From the human T2T-CHM13v2.0 reference genome, Homo sapiens, in NCBI RefSeq assembly GCF_009914755.1, contig NC_060926.1: a stretch of 64,000 bases of DNA, one strand, 5' to 3'. This document shows positions 28,406-43,620 of this stretch, piece after piece; the stretch's first letter is position 1; the number at the start of each line of letters is the position of its first letter. Both the position numbers and the translations under genes were made by a program. The notes below the pieces were generated by a model. The model had not been told where the DNA came from. It made no database searches and was given only the letters and a program-made list of their open reading frames with translations.

Positions 28406-31400
28406 AAGAAACCATACAATTGTCTAACATTATCCTTAAAATCTTTTACAATAAGTACATAACTCTCTTTACAGTTAGTATGATAGAAGAAAAAAAAAGT
28501 AATTCAGAGGAAAAAAACCCATAAATATACTTTTTCTAATGTCCCATATTTTCATACAAAATAAGTTACTAAAGACACATCTGAAAGTTGAAGTCCAAAA
28601 ATCATAGTCCCAACAGAATTATGTGCTATAATACAATAGTCCAGCAAACAATGCAAATGTATTAATGTCCAGATTACATTTCCTGAAGAAACTGTTTCCC
28701 TTGTGTCCAGGCAACTCTGTGAGTAATATGTAAATGTGTACTTTGTGGGTGGGTGGGTGGGTGTGTGTGGGTGTGGGTGGATGGTGCGTTCCTACACTGA
28801 TATACATCTCTATTATCCAAAAACTGGGAAGTCAGGTTTCTATCTTTTCCAAAGGCATGACTAGTCTCTCCTCATCCCTCTGCAAGACAAGTCCTCTGTA
28901 TTTAACCTCTGGGTCAGAATGTACTACATACCTAGCATGTTAGGGAGAGAAAGAGAAGGGTCTTTTAATCCCATCTCCATAGCAGAAGTTAAGGGTACTA
29001 GTCCCTACATGAAAATTTACTCCTTTTAAACTCTCTAAGTATTATTGAATTCAAATCCCTTAAAAATAATATAACAATTGTATTGAATAAACTGCCTTTA
29101 ATTCTTTAAGGTTTAAAGAACAGGATGGAGGAGGGAATGACTGGAGCAGACAACCTTTGGGCCACCCAATTTCTACATTAAAGATAAAAATCTAGCTTTA
29201 AGGTATTTCTTTGTTTATGTAAAAAACAGCAATTAGTATTTTTGCTAGTAGAAATATGGCCAAACCATATCAGTTGAGAAAAAAAGCATATTTTTCCACT
29301 CTCATAGATGATTTCTTACGATATACTACAAATGTTACTGATTCAAAAACTCTGGAGGGAAGGCCAGCCTTAGTAAAAAGTTCTAATTAAGTTCCTTGTA
29401 TAATAAAGGTCAGTTTTGCTAAATAAATAAAATTGTTTTGCAAAGAAATTATGTGTTATATGCACATGTGTTAATATGGAAGTCTTAGAAATCCATGGTT
29501 TTACCATACAAGTTTATCTATAGCTCACATACTCTATGCCAAGACTTTAAAAATATTTAAAAAGAATTATTTCTTTAAAGAGATACCTTGGACTCTGGCT
29601 TATATAATTAGTTATAACCACCTTCCACCTTTTGATATGTAGAATAAAGGCCCAAATTCTATAGTTTTACTATATGAAAACTTCCTATGCTCACAAAAAA
29701 TAGTAAGGAATGTCCATAAATTAATTTGTGCCAAATCTCATTTTTAAAAATCCTATCTGTATCTTAACATGGCACTTAAAATGGCATTGCTACACACATG
29801 GAATTTTATAAAAATCCAAGTTAGAAAACAGTAAGTCACTTGAATTTTGTTATTTCAATGTTCCAGAGCAGAAAGGAAAAGCAGAAAGGGCAAATGAAAC
29901 TACAGGCGTGTACAAATCATTTCTGCTACAAGGGCAAACAAGTTATCCGTGGAAAACTTCAGGAGTCACCAATCATTTGTAATTCTACCCTCACAGAATG
30001 TATCCAAGACAGAATGTTAAGCGTCATGGTTTTCCACAACTCTCTGGCCATAGAGCAGTATTTACTTGGCAAGAACTTCACAATTTCTTATAGTTTAGTA
30101 AGCCTTCTGAAACAAACCAATAAAGCCACAAGAAATGAAAAAACAAAAAGCTAAGAATCCAGGATGTAACTCACCAATAAACATGTTTAAGTGAAAACAG
30201 GCCCACATAGTTTGTCATATTCTGTCTGACAGACTGCCTCAATACTGTACTGAAACAGGAGAGGTATCAAAATTCAAGGCTTGTCATATTAAAGTTTTGT
30301 GATGTTACTATTTTCAAAAATAGACTTTACTAGTCAAAGCCGATTTAATGTACAAATTCTGGGGCCACAAAGAAATGGTTAATACAAGGAGGAGAACTAC
30401 AATACTGAAATTTTTAAATGTCTGCAATACAAGAATTCATAGAAATACCATGTGCTATCATAATCAGAAAACAAGATACACGAAGTCTTCCAGTCACTAC
30501 TGTATTTCAGAGAATATGTGGAAGACTACAAAATTGGTGAAATGGGTGGAAATTGAAAATAATCAAAGAGCCTATTAATGATTAAGTTTCTTCCCCTGGG
30601 TTAATTGGCAGAAAAGCAATTTTTTAATGGCAGTAACACTACAAAAAATTGGTATGTGACATGACATCTACAATGTAGACATCAGGTAGTCTAAATAAGA
30701 TAGGTATTGATGTTTGGATGCCAATGCCATTTTGTAAGAAGTCATCAAACAAGATCTAAATAATTAAGTGTAAATGATTAACAGAGAATTACATATAAAT
30801 TTAATAATCACAGAGCTTTATAAGATTATTTAATGTGTTACAAACATACTTTTTTCATTTTTATGGAAGCACATCATTTGCCCATTCTAACAAAAACAGC
30901 AAATTTCTTCCATGAAGTTGTAGTTTAAAACAGCTTGGTGGAATAAAATATATTTCGCAAGATGTTAATATTTGGGCATAAAATACTATAAGAGAAACCA
31001 GGCTTTGTGTTCACACTAATTAAACAACCCTACTCTTCCCTTTATGGCCCAGTTTAAGACTAAGACATGAAACAATTACCTGAATGACCTAATTCCATCT
31101 GTAAGAAAAATTTTAAAATCGACTCTGGCATCTATAATGTCAAGAAAACAATATACCACAATGCCATAAAACAGAAAATGATCCATGCAATTTCTTTCCC
31201 CACTCCTGCCATCACCCCACCCCAACCTCAATATTCTTGAGATATTATTATTATTTTTTTTTACCAAATAGTAACAATTGGCTTCCAGTTGTTTGGGCAA
31301 AGTCTCAACTCAGCTAGAAAACTGAAACTCATAAAACAGTGTAATTATATAATGAATATCACTGCCCCACCTATAAACTACACACATGCAAAAACATGTA

Positions 31401-31793
31401 AAGAATATCATGTTTAGGTTTTTACTCTAGTTCTTGAAAAAATAATTTCTTAAGAAAATTAAATAATAGTCTAGCAAAACAACTTCATATATTTTTGCCT
31501 TGCTAACACATCAGTACCCACTATCTATGTAAGCTACAAACTTACCCAAAGGAACTGTGTTAAATTAAAATTGACAATATGTCTTTAACTCACAAGTTTT
31601 AAACAAGGCACTTTTTACGAGATTTTCCTGCCTTAAGGAAAATGGTTAACTCATATTTAAGAAACAAAGGTATAAATTTCACCCCAACTCAACCCAATAA
31701 CTCAGTAAATAAAATTCAATTAAATTATAACCACTCATAATAGCTAGTATTCATCAACATACAGAATACCATTTAATTATTTACCATTTCTGA

Positions 31794-32115
<322 letters not shown>

Positions 32116-35100
32116 AAGAGTTTAATTATTAAGCAATGATCTAAAACTAAACTATTAAGTGAAAGTGTTTTAGAAAAGGGAGTGAGACGGCCAAAAGATC
32201 TCTGTGTCTAAAACAAACATGCAAAAACATACTACATATCTTGAGAAGGCTGCACATAAGTAAATATAAACAAAGGTATAAAAAGATTATTTAATGGATC
32301 TGGTAAATACATGGAATACAACAAAATTTACATTATCAAATAGTTTAATTTCCTGGAGCATAACAAAAATACTAAGAATTTTCCCTTGTTCAGCGCAACC
32401 TAATGGTAACAGTATTTTGCATAAAAGAAAGAGAAGGACTAAAATCATATTATCAAGTTAAATTTTACCTTATATAAATTTCACTTGCTATTTTTGATAG
32501 TATTGATTAGATGCCATGAGTTTTATTATTAGGAAGTTATTTCCAATTGGACAAAAACTATATTCTACTAAAATAACTGCATGAGACCTAGACAAACACA
32601 ACTGGGCAATAAAAACACAATATTAACAGTAACATTTTGTAAACATGCTAGCCAAAAAATCACTGCATTAGAATATCAACAATGTAGAAACCTAGTACTC
32701 TAATGATTATCACATACCATAAAAAGAATGCTTTTTTAAAAAAAGGTAAAACTGATAAACCACCTTAATGTAACTTAGCAGAGATTCAAGTATTACGGTA
32801 CTATCTATTTAACCATAAAAGAAACTGAGGAACCTAAAAGCAGTTCATTTCTTGCCGTATTTAGTATGCCCTCAAGCAAAAAGACAATCTATATCCATAA
32901 TTTCTTGTATTTCTCTAATAATCTATTACCAAAGCATCTGGATGTAAAATTCCAGAAAAAAATATTCCAGGTATTCAGGTGAGAAATTAATGAGAGAAAT
33001 TTCTTCTAGGTCTCCTCCTTTGATGAAAACTTTCCAAGATTCTGTATGTTTTTCTAAAGAGCGGTCCAGAAATTTTAACAGCTTTGTGCCCCATCCTAAA
33101 TGCGAAATCTTCCAAAATCAGAATCCAGGCAAAACTTAACTTCAAAATCCTTACATCACAGATTGAAAAAAAAATATTTCTTCTATTAATTCTTGATTGT
33201 TCATAAAAATGGTTACTGATATTTGTTTAAAGAAAAGTTTGGATGGAAGAAAGTTATCTTTTGGTTCCATCTGTAACTTCAATAACTTCATCTCTACACT
33301 TTCTGCTGCTAAGAAGGAGCCACTGCAATACTTTTAATAATATAAGAATTAAAGCAGAAAAGTTTTTTTTTCAGACCTCAAGTATCTACATCATTTAAAA
33401 ATCAGAAATCTAAAACACTGTCTGTTAGCAAAGAGTAGATGATTGAGATGATGTGGTCTTCATTAATAGTTCAATATACTCATAAGCCACCGGGGTTCAA
33501 AACAAATGCAGCTTCATCTGTTCATCAGATATACTTCTAGTTGTTTACTAAAGGAAGCCAGCTTGGAATTGATAACTGTGTGTCACAGTGTTGAGTTAGA
33601 TGTCTTGAGAAAAGTTTCAATCTTCTGGAAAGCCAAAGAAAAAGATGCTCATAGCCACTTTGATGAATCCAAAGAGAAGTATGAAAGTTATTATTCTAGA
33701 AACTATCTTAACCAAATGGAATTGTTGCTTCAGTTTTTAGCATTATGGAGTTATCAAACCCTGCCTCCAGTTTTGTCTTCATGTAATAACATTACCTTAT
33801 TGGGGTTGGGTTTGAGCCAGTAAGACTTCTTTCCAGGAATTTCAGACAGAAAATGAGACGTCTGGGGTATTGCTCCTCCTAGATTAGATGAGAAGGATAG
33901 GTATAGCTGGGTGTTGTTTGCTAACTATCTATCTTGACCTTAGCAGAAGACAGAAAGTATGGGACTCATTATCAAGATTTTCACTGTGTTGACTGTTTCT
34001 TCCTGTCTTTTTTTTTTGTCCCAACTATTAGCTTACAGATATTCACTTTAGCTTCTATAAGCAGGGCTAGTCATGGAAAAGACTTCAATTTTTCCTCTAG
34101 GCATCTTCAGTATGAAATCCTTTAATTTTCAGTTCCAAAAGGCTGCAATGGCAAGGCAGATGGTTTGCATGTGACAGCATGCAGCTCAGAGCACGACTTA
34201 AGCAAAAGAAAAAAATTGACATTTTGTTTGAAGGTGATGCTGCAGACTTGGAGAAGATGAATGCATTGATTCAGTGTTGGAAGAATACAGGCCTCTGTCA
34301 TAGCTATCTGTATTCAAATTCACTTTGATATTTGTTAGTAAGCCAAAAGCCAAGCCCAATTCAACACACACATTTTAGGTTCACTCTTCAAAGTTAAAAA
34401 AAAATATCGATACTCAAATCCCATACTAAATTTCTGATATCTGAAAATTCACTGCTTCATATAATATTCTCAATTAAAGCAATTTTTACAGTACTCAATG
34501 TTTTTATGAAGAAAATATCAAATACATGTAAACGATAATTCCTAGAAATTAAAATAATTAATCCTGACTGGTAAATAAATTATGTGAACTAAACTTCTAA
34601 TATGCATTTTTTTCCATATCACACATAGCAACAAAACATTATGGCCTGTTTCATAATTGTGGCAATCTTCATAATTCAGAGCTAATTAACAAAGAGCTCC
34701 TGACCAAATATTAATACTGTAGCAAGAAAGAGCTGGCAATAGTCTAATCTTCCACCTCATCTTTTCCATTTTTTCATGAAACTTCCTCAAGAATTCCTAA
34801 AACAGAATTGTAAGATGAATTCTAAAACCCAATAAATTCTGATAAATTATTTCTCTAAAATAAGGTTGATTTTTACATCAAAGGCAATGTTAATCTTCTG
34901 AACCTTTAGAAAATTGTTTGTTTTAATGAAATACCAGTCCTATTGATACAGTAATCCAAAAAAATGCAAGGATAACTTTATAATTCCAAAGTTTCCTGCT
35001 TTCTGGTAATTTCTACCAATTTGTGTGGTAGATACAAACCTATTTTATCAATATTAATCACAAATCTTGTATTTTATCCTTTGAACAGTTGTTTCATAAT

Positions 35101-35431
35101 TCCAATAATCTGTTTCACTCAGATAAATTGAAAAACTTAACCCATGAAAATATTACTAATCAAATCTCCCAACAGTTTTTAGAAAAGGTCACTCCATAAA
35201 CAGTATTTAACTAGCTGATGTTAGATGTTGCTTATCACAATACAACCTGCATGTTAAAAGTGAAACACATCACACCTATCACACAGGAGGCTATGGTAAC
35301 AGAGCCGTAGTTGACATATGCATGCAGCAAAATCTGATAAATTAATCCATCTTTATCTAAAAGCATTATGCTTTTATTACTGTTAAATAACACATGTTAT
35401 TAAGGGGCAAAACTGTTTAACATATTCATAC

Positions 35432-35602
35432 CTTCATTAAACTGGTTGTCTGATGAAAGCACACTTCCTGATGGCAAGGGACCAACTGAACTTGAACCTT
35501 CCACCACCTGCCTCTTCTCAAAACTAAACTCAGGAAGTCTTGGAGCCTGAGGTCTGGTTTTTCTTGCAGGGTTCAAGAAAAAACAGTAGGCACATCGAAA
35601 AG
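35432..35602 (-). CDS. LNPK: LNPK exon with second CxxC and LNPARK signature (AFRCAYCFFLNPARKTRPQAP...DNQFNE)
   Basis: ctgcag|CTTTTCGA...AATGAAG|gtatga. 171 nt, phase 1-1. Contains the eponymous LNPARK motif. Confidence 0.97.
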
Positions 35603-36022
35603 CTGCAGAGAATTTTTTAAAAATAAGCAAAACCACAAACCAAGCAAAGTTCAAGAACTAATTAGTTAACTCACAAGATCACTTTTGCAGATATTCAAAA
35701 GAACCTTTTAAAAGTTACTGTGTATGTTATTTAAATAATAATATGGTAGATGCTCTAAACAGAACTAAAGCATACTTCCTAATTATTAGAATTTTAATTT
35801 TTAAAATTAAAGGCAGAAAAGGCATAACAGGTTACATAGCAGGCTAACTATGTAATAAGTTACACAGCAGGTTGACAGCAGAATAATATTAATGATTTAA
35901 ATGAATTAGTGAGATTACATTTCTAGTAACCAGAATCATTAGGTATTTTAAAATCCAGAAGCTTGCACATTTACCCATGAAAATGTAGTACATAATATTT
36001 CAGAAGCATTTTCAATTTACCA

Positions 36023-36205
36023 CAGTAGTTTTTAATAGTGGCTACACATGAGAATCATCTGCAGAGCTTTAAAAAATATACTGATGCCTGGACCTCATAC
36101 TCAGTCCATTAAAGGAGACTCTTTGTAAATGGGTCCTGGGTATCATAATTATTTTAAGCTCTTTGGGTGATTGTGATGCACAGTGGGGTTTGAGAACAAC
36201 TGGCC
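36023..36205. mobile_element. MER5-like hAT DNA transposon
   Basis: gagaatcatctgcagagctttaaaaaatatactgatgcctgg...gtttgagaacaactg. Confidence 0.65.
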
Positions 36206-36400
36206 TAGGGGCTGTACATTATATAGGAAGAAACCTGAATTGTCTTCCCTGCTTTGCTCTATGTACTAAAATAAGGATAATATGCCTAACCAATGTATAC
36301 AAAGAGAGTATATAAAATAAAATGACACTGCATAGAAAATGGCATAGAATAAAATATTTAAGCATAAAATATTTAAATCTCATTGCCCAATAATTCTTAC

Positions 36401-36471
36401 CAATGTATTCAAATTCTTCCTTCAAAGCCATGCCATTATGAGAAAAACACTGCTGACATATAAGTGCATAC
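36401..36471 (-). CDS. LNPK: LNPK zinc-finger exon, first CxxC (RYALICQQCFSHNGMALKEEFEYI)
   Basis: gtgtag|GTATGCA...TACATTG|gtaaga. 71 nt, phase 2-1. Visible in ORF 36219..36584. Confidence 0.96.
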
Positions 36472-37639
36472 CTACACCGTAAGGAAAAATGAACAGACCA
36501 GTTACAAATGCAAACAAAGCTCATGACAGAGACTAATTTAGCCATCATGGCTAATTTATATTTTAACACAGCTAAATATGCCATAACAAATTATATGAGA
36601 CTTAGTAAACAACAAACAATATTCATTAAATAAAAGCCAAAATTAACCAAAGCCCAAATTTCAAGCATTTAAAAATATAATTTATACATCAAATTTAAAA
36701 TAAACTAACAGTTAAATGAATATATCTTTATTAAATTAGCAGAAACATATTTGACAACTGAACACTTAAATTTTGGTGTTTCCCAGAGGATAGTGCTGGG
36801 GATGAAAGCCTCCAAATCTGTGGTCAGATAAGGCTGGAAAAGTTGGAACCCTCTTAGAGATTCACAATGAATATTATTAAAACCTGAGATGTCTTGCGGC
36901 AAACAAACATATTTAATTTTGTTTAGTACAACCCAAAGATTAATTACTATACATGATTCTTATACCTTTCCCAGTTACACTAAACATCTATTTATATACT
37001 TTCTCAGTTCTCTGTGGATATACTCAATGAATACTTCGCTATATCAAATGTCATTCTATTTTGAATAACATACGATTTATTACATAAACACTAAATTCTC
37101 ATTCCTTTTTTTAAATAATATTAATTAGGAGCGCTGTCAAACATCTATTATCCGATGAATTTTTTAAAAATCTATACTTTGACAATTGCTCTGTACATAT
37201 CATACGATCTTCCTAGAGTTATTTTAAGAATAATTGGAAAAGCATTTTGAGAAATAAATACATGCAAATTGCTCTTAACATTAAAAGTACTACTATCACC
37301 AAGTCCAGTACTGATACCTATAAAGCTCCACTTCTTAGAACCTATCAGAGTTGAACTATGTTTTTGCTCTTTAAGTTTAAAAGTTTCAATGAAATAATCC
37401 AGTTTCTCTAAAAGTTATAGCAGAGTTAATATTTTTTCAAAATGGATTTAATCCAGACTATGTTGTCAAAACTTCTACTGTCAAATAATTGAATATGTAC
37501 TCTTTTGCAGGGCTATAAAATACTCCACTATGCTCTAAAGTCAGAAAATAGGTGCCACAAAACTAAAACATCTAGTGTGTACACACACACACACATCCTG
37601 TTTTCATTTTCATTTATCTACCACCTTAGTAAATATTAC

Positions 37640-37745
37640 CTGTTTTGTGGACCATCACCAACCAAATATTCAACAATTCTATCCAAAGCACCTCGTTCTC
37701 GGGGGAGAATAGGTCTTGCTAAAGGTGGACCTGGAGGATGAAGAC
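37640..37745 (-). CDS. LNPK: LNPK coding exon (GLHPPGPPLARPILPRERGALDRIVEYLVGDGPQN)
   Basis: aatag|GTCTTCAT...CAAAACAG|gtaata. 106 nt, phase 1-2. Confidence 0.95.
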
Positions 37746-39055
37746 CTATTAAATAAATAAATACATACAAAATTTATATACATGAAATACACATAAAATT
37801 TAATTCCATTACCAAGAACTACCTATACTTGTTAGAAATTTTAAAAGGTTTTAACAAAATAGCAAAATACTAATTCTTATAAATCTCTGAAGAACATTCA
37901 AATTTTCATTAAAAATACTGTACTACAAAATATATTTAAATATGTGCTATATTAGAACTACCTTTGCTAGTAGATTCTGTAGTAGATTCCTACATAACTA
38001 CTAGCAAATAAAATTATGCTTAGTTCTGTACAAACTGATGTTTTTAAAATGCTCCAACTCTTAAAAGCCTACGTGATAGTAAATCAGGGGACTTCCACTT
38101 CAGGCCATAATAGAGCAACAGGAGTCAGATTTAACGTCCCACCTAAAACAATTAAAATACTGTGCAAAACATATGAAGTAACAGTTTTAAAGACACTGGA
38201 TATCAAGCAATGTAGGTTATTGTTCCCTGAGAAGACTAAAAACAAAACATGCCCTACAACTGCCCCAGCTTATTGCCTATAGAGAGTTTCCACTCGGCAG
38301 TGAAAAGAAAGTAAACCCAGATGAAATGTAGCAGACTCTCACAGTTGAGGAGACAAAGCCAGAATTCTGAGAAGGCCAAGGCATATTGAGTTCACAAGAA
38401 AGGGTACCAAGCAGGAGAGAAGGCACAGAGAAAGAACAACAAAGATTTGCAGAGGGTCTACTGGAGAATTCAGCAGAGTACTGACTGGTGCATGCATGTG
38501 AGAAAACTATCTGAGGATGGAGGAAAAAAACTACTCAAAAAGGTGAAAAGAAACAGCATTCATACAGGGCCAAGAATATTGCCCATTTCCAATCAGAGTG
38601 GGAGAACCTCCTAACACACAGGCCATTAGGTAAAGTATTCAGAAGAGTACTGTATAGGAATTTTTAAAACCCAGTATTGAATAAGGTAAAATTCACAATC
38701 TCTGGCAACAGATTAAAAATTACTAGACATGCCAATAAGCAGGAAAATATCACTGATAAGAAAAATCAATCAAAATTGACCCAGAAATTATGAAAATGAC
38801 TGAATTAGTACACAATATTAAAACAATTCTTATGACTATGACTATATTTCCTATGTTTGAGAATCTAAAGATTCAGTATGCTAAGTAGACATAAAAAAAT
38901 GTAAAACTTAAAACCAAATTGAACTTCTACAGATAAAAACTACAATGTCTAGTATAAAAAAAATCCACAGATTATGTGTACAACAGTTTAGACACTGCAC
39001 ACAAAAAAACTGGTGAACTTTAAGACATAGCAATAGAAACCATACAAAATGACAA

Positions 39056-39410
<355 letters not shown>

Positions 39411-39598
39411 TCAAGAAGAGGAGAAAAATGAAGAAAAAGACAAAACTATTTAAATAATGCATATTTTCCAAATTTGATTAAATCTATAAACCCACAGATT
39501 CAAAAATATCAACAAATCCCAAATACAAGAAACATTATTTTGCTCCAAGACAGTGCATGAACAAATTGCTTAAAACCAATAATCAAGAGAAAAATCTT

Positions 39599-40133
<535 letters not shown>

Positions 40134-40311
40134 TCATCACTAGAAGAACAATACAAGAAATGTTAAAAAGAAGTCCTTCAGGCAGAAGGAAAGTGATAGC
40201 AGATGGAAAGCAAGATCTACACAAAGGAATAAAGAATCTAAAACAGTTATCATGTGGGTAAATATATAAGACTTTTTATTATTTAAATCACCTTAAAAGA
40301 TAACTGACTGC

Positions 40312-40470
40312 ACTCTATTATGCATTATATGTAATCTAGAGATGATTTAAAGTATATGGAAGGATATGTATAGATTATATGCAAATACTATGCCATTTCT
40401 TTTAAGAGATTTGAGCATCCGTGGATTCCAGTATCCACTGGGGGATCCTGGAACCAATCGCCCATGACAT
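40312..40470 (+). mobile_element. MER2-like (TcMar-Tigger) fragment
   Basis: gtaatctagagatgatttaaagtata...gggggatcctggaaccaatc. Confidence 0.75.
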
Positions 40471-42983
40471 ATACATGTTCTTTCAAGTAAATATAAAACA
40501 TTTACCAATACATGGCATTCTCAGACATAAAACAAGTATCAATACACATAAGAAGATTCACGTAACACAATGTATGTTTTCTAACAAAATAATTAAATTA
40601 GAAATCAGCAGCAGATAAACATCTGAAAAATCTCCAAATATTTGGTGACTAAATAACATACATTTGAATAACCCAGGATTCAAAGAAAAAATGAAAATTA
40701 GAAAGTATTTTGAACTGAATGAAAATGGAAAAAAAATCAAAATTTATAATATGCAGCTAAAGCAATACTTAAAAGAAAAAATTTATAATATTAAACACCT
40801 ATATTACAAAAGAAGATAGGACTAAAATCCATAATTTCAGCTTCCACATTAAGAAACTAAAAAAGAAGAGCAAATGAAACCCAAAGTACAGAATAAAAGA
40901 AATAATAAAGATCAGAGAGGAAATTAATACAACAGAAAATACAAAAATAATAAAGAAAAGCTGGTTCTTTGAAAAGATCAATATAATTGTTAACCTCTAG
41001 CCAGACTAATCAGGAAAAAAAAAAAAGAAGATACAAACTATTAATATCAGAAAGGAGAAAAATGCCATAACTACGGATTGTAAAAACATTAAAAGAATAA
41101 TTAGGGACTATTACAAGCAACTTAATGCCAATAAATTCTATAGGTTAGATAAAATGGACGAATTCCTTGAAAGACTACGAAACTACCGAAGTTCACTCAA
41201 GAAGATAAAAATAATTATGTTAAAATTTTGTTAGGAATTTTTGCCCCTATGATCATGTGTGATATTGGTCACAGTTTTTCTTAAAGAAACTGAATTTTTA
41301 GTTAAAAAAAAAAAACACCTTTTTCTCTCAGAAGAAAAAAAAAAAAAATAACCAGGCCCAGATGCTTCAACTGGTCATATCTTTAAAATTAAGGAAACAT
41401 TTAAATTAAGGAAGAAATAATACCAATTCTACACAAATTGTCCAGAGAACTGAATAGGGAATACTTACTCATAACGTTATGAAATGAAACCGACATAACT
41501 CTGATAACTCTGATAACAAAACCAGACAAAGATATGACAAGGAAAAAATAAACAAAAAAACCACAGACCCAATATTCCTAATGAGTATTGATATAAACAT
41601 TTTTAACAAAATATTAGCAAATCGAAGCCAACAATATGCATATAAGATAATTCATCATGATCAAGTGAGATTTATTCCAAGAAAGCAAGTTAGTTTAACA
41701 TTTAAAAATCAATGTAACTCACTATATGAACAGGCATTAAAACAAAGAAACAAAGCCCAATATAAACATCTCAATAGATGTAGAAACAGCATTTGAAAAA
41801 ATACACAATCTATTACTGATTTAAAAGAAAACCTTCAGCTAACTAAGAATAGGTGGGCACTTCAAGCTGATAAGGAGTATTTATTAAAACAAAAAACCCT
41901 AGAGCTAACATCATGCAAAACTGTGAAAGAATAATTGCTTTTCCCCTAAGACCAACAAAAAGGCAAGGATGTCCACTCCTAGCACTTCTATTACCATTGT
42001 ACTGAAGGTTATAGCTCATATAATAAGGTAAGAAAAATAAATAGAAGAAAACCAGATTGGAAAGGGAGAAGTAGAATTTTCTTTATTCAGACAATGTGGC
42101 TATGTAGAAAATACTATGTAATCTACAAAAAAGTTATACTAACTAGAGCCAATAAATTAGTTTATCAAGGTTATAGGATACAAGAGCAATATACAAAAAT
42201 CAATTGTATTTCTATATACTAGCAATAACCAGTTGGAAATAGTTAATAAAACAATACCATTTACAATAGCATTAAAATATGAAATTAGATGTAAATTTAA
42301 CCAAAAAATGTGCAAAATCTATACACCAAACACTACAAAACATTGCTGAAAGAAATTAATGACATAAATAAGTGAAGAGAAATATACTGTGTTCATGTAA
42401 TAAATTAGACAATATCATAAGATACTAATGGTGAGTTGGGAGTGGAGGAATAACACATAAAATTTAGTTAATAATTTTTATTTTATATAAAAATAATAAC
42501 AAAAATAAAGAGTTACACATTCAAACATTATGAATTGTAACCCTATAACCTCTGAAAACTGAAAGAGAACTATTTGCAGGAGATACTCTGAATTGAGACA
42601 ACACAGAAGGCACTGAGAAGACAGTGACAGAATAAAATAAAATGTGATGTTTGCCTTTGTAAAACAAGACAGAATGAACATGATAAGGTGGGCAGCAATG
42701 GAGGTTTACATGGAGACTTCATAGAAGACTCTGAAACAAAATGGAACCCTGTTGGAAGATGCCCTGCAATATAGGGATACAAGGGTTTCAAAATGGCTAT
42801 GACAAAATCTTTCAAGTATTCAAGATGGCTTTAGGATAGCAATACTACATTATACTAAATTCTTATAATTTAAAGGAATAAAAAGGAAATTTGATTTGTA
42901 AATAATCACAAACTTAAAGGCTATTACCATCTATAAAAGGGCAACTGATGTCAAAATTATAGCTATCAGTAAATAAAAGTTAG

Positions 42984-43620
<637 letters not shown>

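Noticed and set aside
42478-42860. Unique-looking segment after the L1M considered as a processed pseudogene
   Set aside because: No recognisable coding homology, TSD or clear tail.
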